DNA of 60,809 bases, counting the filler, from Sphacelaria rigidula (Eukaryota), in the NCBI GenBank assembly GCA_964200075.2. It is 2 parts of 2 records of this genome, joined end to end, with 100 filler letters (N's around TTAATTAATTAA, not from the genome) between each part and the next. Parts side by side here need not be neighbours in the genome. Positions count along the whole stretch, not along the records: positions 30,487 to 60,809 come from CAXNAA020000064.1; 1 more part is not named here. One strand, 5' to 3'. How positions within the stretch are numbered: position 1 is the stretch's first letter; each line of letters starts with the position of its first letter. The notes beneath the pieces are model-generated. The model did no database searches, was not told where the DNA came from, and saw nothing but the letters and a program-made list of their open reading frames with translations. Positions 47,601 through 58,996 of this stretch are shown here, one piece after another. The translations under genes and the position numbers were made by a program.

Positions 47601-50600
47601 GGGCGCGTGTTGGCATGATCAACTGGTCGAAGCCATCTATCGTGGTGATGCGAATCTCGTGAGGTTTATGCTGAGGGTAATTGCAGAACCACTGAACACC
47701 ATTTCCGAAAGGCTACCCCGTAGTGCATTGGCCTGCGCTGTGCTGTCAGGTCACGTTGGTGAGTGGATAATAGATACCTTCTTGCGCGTACGTGTCACAT
47801 CTGCCCAATATCCTACACGTCTCAACCACTCGAGTGGACATGTCGCACGGCAGTGTGCGAAACTATGCTCACAGCGCCCGCCCCAGCACCAAGGAGTCAA
47901 AGATGTTGTAGCAACGCCAAATATTATGCAGCATGATCGCACCTCATGACGTCAACTTCCGGGTGACTCATGCAACATGACTGAGTTGTACATGGGTTGT
48001 ACTTCTCTTCACTGGCTGAGTTTTACGGTATACCCCGGCGGTACCCCTTTCCGCTGGATAAGTTATACCGTATAACTCAGCGGCTCCTATTTCCACTGGA
48101 TGAGCTATATAGTATATCTCAACGCTGTCTTCACCCACTGGATGAACTATTCGGTAACATATAATGCAGCGCTACCTTTTCCCACTGAATGCGTCATACC
48201 ACATAATAATTGAGTGAGCCGATGAGTTTTCCGACGTGTGGGACACTTTCAGGTGTTACGAAAATGCTGCTCCACGAATTTGATGCAGACCCGGATGAGG
48301 AGGTTCAGCCCGGATCAACACTCCTTCATTCGACGTTGAAAAATGAATTATCATACCCTCACATGGCGCAGGTACGAGGGATACAAGCATTTGTGCATCA
48401 GCTATTCGCTATAGCGTGTACCGTGTTCCGTGTGCACGACATTGCATCAAAGGTGAAGCTTGCCTTTGCGAGATCCCCACTAGCATACTTAGAATGAGCA
48501 GACTCGGTACCCATATGTGTGGCGGTATAAGTTTATACGAATCAATCAAAAAGCAAAAAGAGGGCACCTTTTGCGGTCGGACCGTGAGCCTGGAGTTCGA
48601 TACACCTTGTTATGGTGTATGCTGTGGTACCAATCGACGTCATACTCACCTGGCGTTGGCAATTGAAATGCAATTTCGGTGCTTGGTTTGTTATCAGGAA
48701 GGAGGCTCATGTGGCAGGGTCACCAGCACTGTATCTACGCCGTAACATACTAAGTGCTATACCTATATAGTGAGGAATGAGAACCCCAACAGAGGTGTAT
48801 GTCCTCTCCCGTTCCAGGCGCTCATCGAAGCTCGGGCAAATATTAACGCTCAAGATATGGAGTCGCTCACACCCCTCATGAGAGCTGTGCGGAATCACCG
48901 TGTCGATGTAATGGACATGCTCCTCAGCCATGGCGCTTCGACGAATCTAGTGAGCAATCAAAGTACGGCGCTGAGCATGGCAATCGAGCTCGGGTTTGTC
49001 GATGGTATCGTATCACTACTCTCTTTTGGGGCGTCTTCATGCGCGGGGTTTGAGAACAAAGGCGGGTCGGCCATTTGCTATTGTGCGCTGACGGGACGAT
49101 TGCACTTGATCCCCATGATCCTGCAAGTTGCTGATACATCGATTGACTCGAAGGGAAGCGATGGTTGCAGCGCACTCTATGTAGCCGTACTTCAGGGTAA
49201 CACAGCGGCCGTGACATTTCTTCTCGGCAACGGCGCTGCGGCGAATCAATCAGACACTTTTGGCAACACAGCTCTTCTGCGCAGTGTTGAAATGAAAGCA
49301 GCCGACTGCGAAATCGTACGGGCTTTGATCGAGCATGGTGCCTCCGTGACCCAGAGCAACGCGGATGGGATGTCTCCCCTCGACACTGTTGCCGAGACAG
49401 ATGATTCTCGCAAGGCCGAGATGTTGCTTGCTGCCATGGCTTCGACCGCCGAGTGCAGGGGCATGGTAGAATCGGCGCTCCGCCTGGCACTCGAGGCTGG
49501 CTCCTTCGAGACCGCGAGGGTGTTGATACAGTTTGCGGTCAACTTTCACACTGGGGTACTCAAGGAAATCGATGCCATGGGAATCGCGATTTCTCGAGCC
49601 GACCTCAGAATGATGGATTTCTTGCTGGACAGTGAGGAAGCTGGCGGCGAAATCTCAGTAAATTCTCGTTCAGGCCACCAATTATACTCACTACTCCATT
49701 GGGCCATCGTTAAAAAGCACAACAACGTCCTTGAGCACTTGCTCCAGAAACCTAATCTCTTGGTGGATATTCGGGACGTCAGTGGAGGTACACCGCTGCA
49801 TCTGGCCTCTTTTACGCTTAATGCTGAGGCAGCGACAGCTTTGCTGGAAGCGAGGGCGAACGTGAACGCAAGAAACGAGGACGGAATCACTCCACTGTCA
49901 CTTGCTACTCAACGTGGGCATTCACGCAGGGTGGGATCTGCCAGTACCAGGACCCTCCGAATGATGGAGATACTGTTGGACCGAGGGGCTTCCCCGGGGG
50001 CAGGCAAGTAATTGACCTAACTGCTTTACTTCGTTTTCCAAGCATTGTCGAAACTGCTGCTGCGGAGGGGAAATAGGGGAAACAGTGGTCTGTGGGCGAT
50101 ACCAAAAATTTCGTGTCGTTGATCGTAGCCAGCATCGTATATGATTTCCTACTGTAGTCCTCCTGGGTGCTCGCCGGCGATGCGGTACAGTAGACAGTAG
50201 CCTGGCCACTGGTGGTTGGTCGTGACCAAAGGAATCCGCAAAATACTGTCGCGAAAGGCAGTGCTGTGCTTTAGGTCAGCAAACTTTGCCAATCAAGATA
50301 ATCTCCCCGTGATAACGTTCATCATTTGGAAAAATCTGTGCTACACCGTCAACTTGTCTCGATTTTCTCTGGCATACTGGTGGGTGCGGCGCTGGTACAG
50401 AGCTGTACCACCTTCAAATCAAGAGGCAAACCGCTTGGTTGAAAATAGGGAAGGTGTATCAAATATCAAGGTACATGTTCCCGCGAAGGCGGTGTTGGGC
50501 GTCACCGCACAACTACCATGCACATAATTCGCAACAGCATCAAGGCATACTACCACCTCGCGTCCTCCTTGGCACAGGTGGCGAGAAAGCTTTAACACCT

Positions 50601-53600
50601 CTACACGTCGCCGCTCAACATGGGAACGTCGAATGCGCGAATCTTCTCCTGCGTAAGGGATCTCTGCCTGGCCACTGCTTCAATGACCTCGGGGAGACCC
50701 CGCTGCACGCTGCGTGCTATCATGAACGCGTGGAGGTCGTGAGGCTACTCTTACCTTTGTGAGACGTTCGAAGATGTAGGACCCCGAAGAAGGACCGTCT
50801 TGCGGGGAAAGGATGGCTTGCATGTCGGCAGTGAATCGAAACGTATGTACGGTAGATGAAGTAGATGCAGCGATCATCGTCGCCCTAACAATAGATGTAT
50901 GACAGTCGCTTGTTAGTGCCCAGATGGACGTTGGCTTGAATTTGCCTCCCCTGGAGTTCCATACATCCCAACAGTACGTCCATGGTATGTGATCGCCTGC
51001 GTCTAACCATACTTTTCCGATCTCACGTACTGCCAGACTTACGCCGAAGCAAATAGATAAACACAAGAAAGGCGGCGAGACGGGGCTCTTGATGGCAATC
51101 CGTGACGGAAACGAAGAGATCGTCGATTTGGTGAGTATACACTCCTGGGGTTGTTAGTGCTATTGAGAAAGGCTAGACTGAGGTTGTGTCGTGTCTTGAA
51201 GCTGTGCATTACTCCACCCTAACTGCGCCAGAACATCACACAGAGAACAAATAGAGTATCATAGAGCAACACGGGATTTGCTATGTGAGTGATCAGGATT
51301 TCACTGCTATTTTTTCTTACTCCCTCACGAACACCGTTCCGTTCAACCCCTAACCATTCACTGTACCGTCTTGTAGCATGAAGGTGCCAGAAAACGGATC
51401 TGAAAATTGTTCATACATCAAGGATCCTAAGCAAAGCACTGTATCCCGGTAGCAATAGTAGCCGGCATTTGGGTCTGTATTCTCGATTGAAAGCGGTTTT
51501 GTCAGGTATTCATTTCCCAAGACTTGAGGTTGTAAGACGGTTCACGTTTGATCCCAAATTTGACGATCAAGATATATGTCTGTACGCAACACAAATCCTG
51601 TCCAAATACCGTTCCTATGATCAATTTCGAACGACTGATCGGCTAGCCAATCGTCGAGGGTCCTATGAAGATGCAGCACCTGGTTCTCGCCCTTTGACAC
51701 TGTTGCTCAACCGAACCAATCTCGATCCTTATGGTGAACTATTCCATGGTTCATCTTCATGATTTCTAACCCTTGATTGCGCTGCAGCCAAAAAATATGT
51801 GTTTTGGACCAAATACGGACAAAAAAGAACACCTGGAAAACGACTTTTGACTCCGTGTTTGCCCCGAAAATACGAAGCTAGGAAAGCGTCATGTAAATAA
51901 ACCACTTTTTGTACCAGTGTTTACCGATCCTCAAATTTGCGGGTGAAGTGGGGAGCCGTCTGCGAAAAAAGCCGATAGAGGGAATTCAGTATGTGAAAGT
52001 TGACTGCTGCACATTTTATCGAGCTTTTCAAATTACAACATCTCGCGCTATTGAACTGCATCTTCACACCATATCATAATGCACTTATTCGACTATACGG
52101 AACGGCGAACTCATTGCAGTTGCTCAAGCACGGCGCAAGCCCTCGAGCACGTGGAGCAGATGGAATGCATCCGTTGTCTTGTGCAGCTTGCCAGCTCTCC
52201 ACGTCTTGCTCAGCTTCCATTGTCCGCTCTCTTCTATCTTCCGGAGCCGACCCAGGTGGGATAAGTCGGAATATTTCTCACAAAAAAGTTCCTTTCATGG
52301 ATGCGCCGACCAGCAACTGTGATCGAATATGCTCAGCCTTTCTAATCTCCTTGTGTCACCTGTCTTTTCCTGTTTTGTCCTTTATTATCTTCTCTCTTCC
52401 TTTCTTTTGGTGTACACTTTTGACAGACCTGACGTTTGTTGTTTGTTTGTTTGTTTTCCTTTCTTTCGTTTCTCTTCCCGTTGAACTCGGGGGAGCTATT
52501 TCTCACCGGTTTTCGTGGCGTCTATCTTCATATTTTTTCTTTATTTTGGTAATGTGTCTGGTAAGGAATANNNNNNNNNNAGCCTACGTCTGTGACCACG
52601 GGTTTGCGAGATCGGACTAATGTGCGTAAGGAATAATGATAATAATAGTCATGAACGAGGATGATGTAAAATATCGTGCAGGACGAGTAGCATCAACCAT
52701 GTTGGGACTGCGGAGTATTGTCATGGCCAATCAGAGGAATAGTGTCTAATGGCGTATGTTATGCGAGTACAATATATTTGCAGCACGGACAACCGAGCTG
52801 CCCCTCACCCTCCGTCGTTCAGTCTGGTTTGGTGCTGCTGTCACCGTACCTTACTCTGGGGGCTTGCATAAGTGTGTGTGGTGAGTGCGTGTGTGAGGTA
52901 TTGAGTGAGAGAGATTGAGTGTGGGTTATTCTGTGACAGAGTCAGATTGATTGAGAGAAACTGAGAGAGTACGCAGGGTTTGACCAAGAGATAATCAAAG
53001 CGTTATACACTATCGTTCTTTGCCGTGAACAAGGCTACTGACTTCCGTTCACGCACGTCTGGGTTGTGTGGGCGACTACCCCCGCATCAGAGCGGCTTCT
53101 CGAACTGTACGATGAAATCCTTGGTCGTTGTTATTGTCCAGATCGACACCGCGTTTTGACTATAGGCAGAAAAGCACTGGCAGGTAATGTTTTCATATGG
53201 CTGAATTTCACGCGACTACGCTGGAGGAAGGTGGATGGGAAGTCTGTGAGGGTTCTGGCAATAAACCGTTACTCCTACAAGTACTCACGTTGGTGGTCTT
53301 TGTTTTCGGTACGTATGCAATAATGTAGTATCGATATATAGGTACAGCTAGTACGGGTAATTCTGTGCTCGTGCCTAGCAGCTGTTTGTGTTACGATATG
53401 CATTCAATATGACCAAGATTTTCACCCACGGAAAGATGAAAACTTTGAGGCCAACGGGTTAAAGTTGCTCCTGCGGCGATGTAGGGCACGCAGCTAGGTA
53501 CATGTACCTGTTTTTCTGTACCCCTGAAACATCACTTTGTTCGCAATCCACACTATCTCGTGCAGGTATCTTTGACGACGAGGGGGTACAGCCCATACAC

Positions 53601-54697
53601 CGTGCCTGTACATTTGCTGAGGGTGATGGAGGGGTGCTCCGAGCGTTGCTCGACGATCCCAGGGTTTCTGTCAACAATCCGTGCCCAGGCAAGTACGTGA
53701 GGCTGATGGAATCGCATCTACTTTCTTCCGCTGCTGCGTATCGCGTGTTTCGCTGTTTCGTGGTGGAAACGCTGCTCCATCATTGCGATGTACTTCGGAG
53801 TAGTATTTCTACTAATGAGCCAAAGACTAGGTGCTAACGGTAGCTGATACGGCACATTTCCCTACAATAACAACAACGAGGTCGCAGCAACATTATCCTT
53901 CCCCCGCCCTGATTATCACGTGGAACATACCCGCACTCCGCGTAAAATCACTCAGGTTACCACTTTGCCCTTCCAATTCACCTCGCGGCATGGTGTGGCG
54001 GTCATAGTGCGGTGCGGGTTTTGACATCAGTGAAAGGTTGCTTGCTGGAGGAAAGGGCAGCCAAAGATCGGTATGTATTACATTTGCGGCGCGGACGTGA
54101 AAGGCAGAGGGCGGGAGCATTAGTAGTTCTACATTATACGACCATGCAGCAGGGTGTTGGCAGTAATGTCTATCGCTCGGCGTGCGTTTTCGATACAGTA
54201 TATGGCTTGCCATGTTCACTCCTAAAATACATTGCTCCCCAGGCGGTGATCCGGAATGATGGAACACAGCTCTATGGACAACTTACACTACCCGGCATGC
54301 AAATGCGGGGCCAAGAGTCTAGAAGATGTTCACGCCGCGTCCACAGTCCCAGCCAATCGATAATAATCCGGTTTTTCCCCAGAACGCTAGGCCTAGATAC
54401 TGAAGTTGACCGAGAGGACAACGATTGGTCAGACTCAAGACGGCGCTCCAAACGTTTTTTCACCGTTACTTTTCCAGGCGCACCCCTTTAGCAACTGCAG
54501 TGGGAAAAGGTCACACGGAGAGTGTACGCGCACTGCTGGAGGCAGGAGCTAAACTGGACGTACTGGCTTATGACGACACTGGCAACGTCATGTCGCTTGT
54601 CCACGAGGCTGTCTTCAGGGGTCACGGAGACATATGCCGCCTTCTGCTACAAGCCATGGCCATGGAACGCAAAGTTTCACGCCTCCGTGACACTTGA
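44660..54697 (+). CDS. Large ankyrin-repeat protein (about 1346 aa, 10 exons)
   Basis: Exons 44660-44866, 45360-45633, 46262-47758, 48253-48371, 48818-50003, 50578-50758, 51037-51130, 52120-52255, 53566-53692 and 54478-54697 sum to 4041 nt with matching phases. Many GxT[P/A]LHxA repeats (GETALHVA, GYTAVHIAA, GRTPLHIA, GGTPLHLA, GETPLHAA). Exon 1 is the least certain. Confidence 0.88.
45062..45275. mobile_element. 214-bp MITE with 37-bp TIRs (TGT...ACA), 5-bp TSD GAGAC and internal (TTAGGG)6
   Basis: TIR TGTAATGCGTGAGAGGACCGCGTGCTTAGAGGACCGC with 1 mismatch on the right. GAGAC at 45057-45061 and 45276-45280. Telomeric tract at 45123-45158. Confidence 0.93.
45681..45894. mobile_element. Second copy of the 214-bp telomere-repeat MITE, 5-bp TSD GCTGA
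   Basis: Perfect 37-bp TIRs. GCTGA at 45676-45680 and 45895-45899. Internal tract TTAGGG TTAGGG TTGGGG TTAGTG TTAGGG TTATGG. Confidence 0.93.
52335..52648 (+). mobile_element. 5'-truncated 3' UTR fragment of a LINE related to the element at 1-3330 (contains a 10-N gap at 52571-52580)
   Basis: CCCGTTGAA...ATTTCTCAC..GTTTTC.TGGCGTC...AGCCTACG.CTGTGACCACGGGTT...GAGATCGGACT.ATGTGCG plus an AAT tail matches about 3075-3330. Confidence 0.85.
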
Positions 54698-55431
54698 CCT
54701 GCATCTATCTGTGGTTCATGCTGCAGCCGGCAACGGACGTGCAAAAGTTTGAAAGGAAAGAGCAAGACAGTGAATTTCGCTTGAAGCTTCGTGATCAGCT
54801 CAGCAAGTATTCAACGAGTCGATTCAGTAGGAGGAGAAAGTCTTGGAAACATTCCCCCTAACTCGTCGACAGAAGGGTTGCGTCTCTCAGGCTCCCTTTG
54901 CAAGACAGGCTATTGGTATTGAGTCATTGATGAATGGTGTGAAACTGGTTATGTACCGTTGGATATATGATGATGGTGATGAGTGCATCCTCTCTGGCTA
55001 TTGGTGATGGGTTGGACAAAGGGTGGTCTATTGATGTTCCGCGAATACTTGAGTACATCATCGTGTGCATGGCAGCTCGTAGCGTTTGATGCGACAAAAT
55101 ATTGGGGTGCCTAATTGATCGGATATCCTCGAGTTACCTACCTGTGTTGACATGTTGGTGTCCTCCACATCGCACACAGTGACATAGTCATTGGAAGAAC
55201 CACACCTAGAGTTCAGACAGACTGGTCACATCTGGGATCGAAGGAAGTGCGTTGCTGATCTTTCGAAAGCTTTGACGTATCATGTTCGGTATAGCGGGGC
55301 GTTTACAGTAGAGTTTGCTGAAATGCACCTAAGCGACGGGGTTATATTTCTTGTGTATATAGTTTTGGGTGAGCATGGAGCACATGTACGATCAGAGCGG
55401 GTTTCGCTGCTGATAAATGCACGGGATAATG

Positions 55432-57011
55432 CCCGGTTCGGACGAATCAGATTTCATACGGGTTGACTGCCCATGAATGTTGAATGCGACTCAAATACCA
55501 AAGAGTCATCCGGTATGAATCGCGGATGGTGAAGTTGTATGTTCAAGGTCATATCGCCCGAATCGCGGACCGGTAATGTGTATACTTCAAGTAGTATCAG
55601 ACGAATCAAGAGTGCAAAATATGTACGAATCACACTTCCTGTATAATTATTGGGTGGAAAACGTGTACACTTCATTCGTCTTGCATGAATCGAAGGTGGG
55701 GAATATGTACGTACGATTCATGCTGTATGGACGGAGATAGGAAAACATGTGCGCTCGATTCACCTCGTACGGATGGAAGACGGAGAATATGCACGTATGA
55801 TTCATGCTGCATGAATGGAAATTGAGAAACATGTACGTGTGATTCACCTCGTATGAATGGAAGGGGAGATATATGTACGCTTCATTTACCTCGTATGAAA
55901 TGAAGGTGGAAAACATGTCCATGGTTCATGCTCACGAACGCAAGGTGGAGAACACGTACATTACTCGCGTGATTCACGCTGTATATCAATCATAGGAAAA
56001 CAAACAGCTAGGAGAATCGCTCTAGGCGCGCAGATGCGTGTTGTGCCATGCTGTCCCGTACTGTCCGCGGACTGCAGAGTACGCTGCCGGAGTTTTCCCG
56101 AAAACTCCCGCGAGCATGCGAAGACAACTCGTGCTGGTGCTGTGTTCTTCGCAAGTGTTCGTGAAATTCCATATCGTATGTTCAGGTCAACTGTACCACA
56201 GAACACATGAAACCACTAAGGCTGTCAACAGCATAGGTCGGGGAGGGAAAACTGGCTAGAAAAAGCGCTCTAGGCATGCAGACGCGTGTGTTGCACTACC
56301 ATAGTTGACGTGTTCTGTGTGAGTACAAAAATTGAAATTGGGTTTATTGAATTTCGATCTTGAGGGGTTCGCGGCCTGTACGCTCTTTTTTGCCTACCCA
56401 TCTGCAAAAGGGCCGCGCCACCGAAGATTTGCGCTCCACGAAATGACAGGTGGGAAACAAAATGTTCACAAGATTTTTTATCATATGAACAGAAGGTGGA
56501 GAACATGTACGCACGATTCGCGCTGCATAAGTGAAAAGTGGCAAGCATGTACACTTTATCCATATTGTATGAATGGAAGGTCGGGAACATGTACGTATGA
56601 TACATGCCGCATGAATGGAACGTGGGAAACATGTACGCTTGATTCGTCTCGTATGAAAGGAAGGCGGGGAGCATGTACGTATGATTCATGTTGCATGAAC
56701 GGAAAATGGGGAATATGTGCACTCGGTTCATCTCGTATGAGTGGAAGGTGGGGTACGTGTGCCCATGATGCTGAAAGGGAAATTGGGAAACATGTTTATA
56801 TGATTCACGGATTACGAATGGAGGGTGGGACACGTGTACCTTTGACAGTGTACCGCACGAATCACGAAATGGAATGTGTACAGTCAAGGTGGTGTCGTGC
56901 GAATCACGAACCCAAAAAAGGTACAAATCTTGATTTGTGTACGAATTGTTTGATCGATTCGTCCGAATGTTGAATATGAGTCGAATCACGATTTTATTCG
57001 TCCGAACCGTG
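55432..57011. mobile_element. hAT-like non-autonomous element (1580 bp) carrying two blocks of ~39-bp tandem repeats
   Basis: Termini CCCGGTTCGGACGAAT / ATTCGTCCGAACCGTG; flanks GGATAATG / GAATAATG. The unit, approximately ATGAATGGAAGGTGGGAAACATGTACGTATGATTCATGC, repeats at about 55650-55975 and 56440-56860. Confidence 0.8.
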
Positions 57012-57420
57012 GAATAATGTGTGATTAAGATGGCCCGATGCCTTGGCTCTCTGCGTTATCCTGTATTTTTCATGCTCACCATAGAGCGTACAAACAACCC
57101 ATTGAATAATATAACCAAAGGAGGTTGCGCCTGTTTCTCAACAGCGCTCCCGTCTGTCTCTCCATTGTTCGGTTACAGGTTGGGCCTTTCGCAGCAAAAT
57201 GTTGTTGATCTGAAGGTGACGACACGGTGGCAGCAAAACCGCACTATCAAGCGCACATCAGACGCCGCAACACTGGAAGCCATATGGCATACTGTAACAA
57301 ACATACATTGCACGCCGTGCTACACGTATCCTGTAGGACAAATTCCCCCTTGTCCACATTGGTGGACTGGACAGCGTACACGATTACGTGCGGGGCAGTC
57401 ACGCAATAAGACAAGCGAGT

Positions 57421-58996
57421 TCACACGTTTGACGTCCGATACGCTAACAAAAGAGCGTTCTCGGGAGTGACCTTCCTTTCCACAAAATGCACTAGGTCAC
57501 ACGTCAATCGCAGTTTCTCCTGGACAAACCACACCCTGCCCCGGTCCAGCAACCGTTTGCACTCACGGGCGGCCTTGGCCTTGGCCGCATGACTAAGCGC
57601 GGGAAATGGACCGGGCCCCTCCTCCGCCTCTTTGTGACTCGACCCGCTCGATCCTATGTGCGACTCGCTCCCATCTTCACGAGCTTCTTCGGCGTTTGTT
57701 TTTTCGTCATTCCAATGCCCCTTTCGGTTGTTCTGTAAATTTTGGTCGCCAAGGTTATATCCAGTTTTCTCCTCGTCCGATACAGCAGGTCGGTGAGGCT
57801 CGAATGGTGACAACGTTAATTCCTCTTGTTTTCCCGGTGTTGTCACTGCTTCTTTCGACCCGGCAGAGGTGGCTGTTGTTGCCACTTTGGCGCCAACTTC
57901 GGATGGCTGCGTATGAATACTTGCGTCTTTCTCGGGAATTTCCGCTGCTGCGCTGGAATCGGTCTCGGTTGATCCTTTTGTGCTCGCCGCACTCAGTATG
58001 GCCTCTTGGCTGATCCAAGCGGAGATGCGGCGCATGGCGTCGAAATCTCTTGCGGTGAAACCCTGCGAGGCGGATGTATGTGAAAGCGAACGGGTGGAAT
58101 CTGTTGAAGCATTCATGCTAGTTACAGAATAGATCGGCGCCAAACCTCATAATGTAGCGACAGGATATTGATAAATTTCCACCACACCCTACAAGATAGG
58201 CTGTGCTCTCTTCGCGGAGCGTTGGTTCGACGGAAGAAAGACATGTTTTCGTAAGATCACTATAAACCACACACTAAATTCGTCTTCACGGTCGACGGGG
58301 GAGAGGAAGTGCTAGACCCCTCTCGCTATAAAGAAAGAAGGCAAGCATCGCAGAAGAAAGGTGGAGAACTAGAAAAAAAAAACTGTGTTGGCCTCCCTCC
58401 TGTGTGACCCCGGCTGGTGCGCCCACATATACCGAGAGGTGAAGATTGGCGTCCAGAATGGATGGGATGACAAAACACAACATACATACTCATGTGATGA
58501 CTGGTGTTTGCGACCTCACCAAAAAACAACGGAACAAATGCGTCAGTCTTACCGCCACACGCCCGTGTATCGCTGCTGTTATTCAACACGACCGTTGATA
58601 CACGGCACGGCACCGATGATACTCAAGTCTGATGCTGCGGAAACAAAGAACAGGCGACAATCTCGCTCTACAGCTGTCGCTACGACCAAATCAACGCGGG
58701 CCTTGTCGGGGTATGCAACACTCACCAGGTCCAGTAGGAACTCTTGCCCCACATAGTCTCGCCAAGCGCAGACATGATGGCAGCACGTAGCAAACACCAC
58801 TCCTCCTATTCTCGCTTCGCGGCAATCGATGCCAACTTCCTCACCATTCCGGGTCGTGTTCACTGATGGCGTGTTCACGTGGGAATCGGGCGACGACCCT
58901 ACTTGAGAGCCAGCAGCTGCTTCAGGTATTTTTACGCCATCCTTCACTTTTTGTGCTGGCACATCTTCAGGCTGAGGGCAGAGTGTCAGCATGGCC
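57421..58996 (-). CDS. TRM13: tRNA:m(4)X 2'-O-methyltransferase TRM13, last two exons
   Basis: Exons 58996-58726 and 58062-57421 join in phase 0 with GT-AG sites. Motifs: GVVFATCCHHVCAWRDYVG, FDAMRRISAW, CKRLLDRGRVWFV, VTPENALLLA. The upstream KHLCG exon was not found in the window. Confidence 0.9.
58270..58489 (+). mobile_element. 3' part of the tRNA-derived SINE in the TRM13 intron
   Basis: CCTCCTGTGTGACCCCGGCTG...TACCGAGAGGTG...TGGCGTCCAGAATGGATGGGATGACAAAACACAAC. Confidence 0.75.

Noticed and set aside
53689-53694. Second GC donor (CAG|GCAAGT) at ankyrin exon 9
   Set aside because: The next exon requires phase 2, which the canonical GT at 53693 provides.
55647-56989. ORFs of 239, 213 and 91 aa with HTYMFPTFHSY-like repeats
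   Set aside because: Translation products of a ~39-bp minisatellite inside a TIR element; open on both strands and without splice context.
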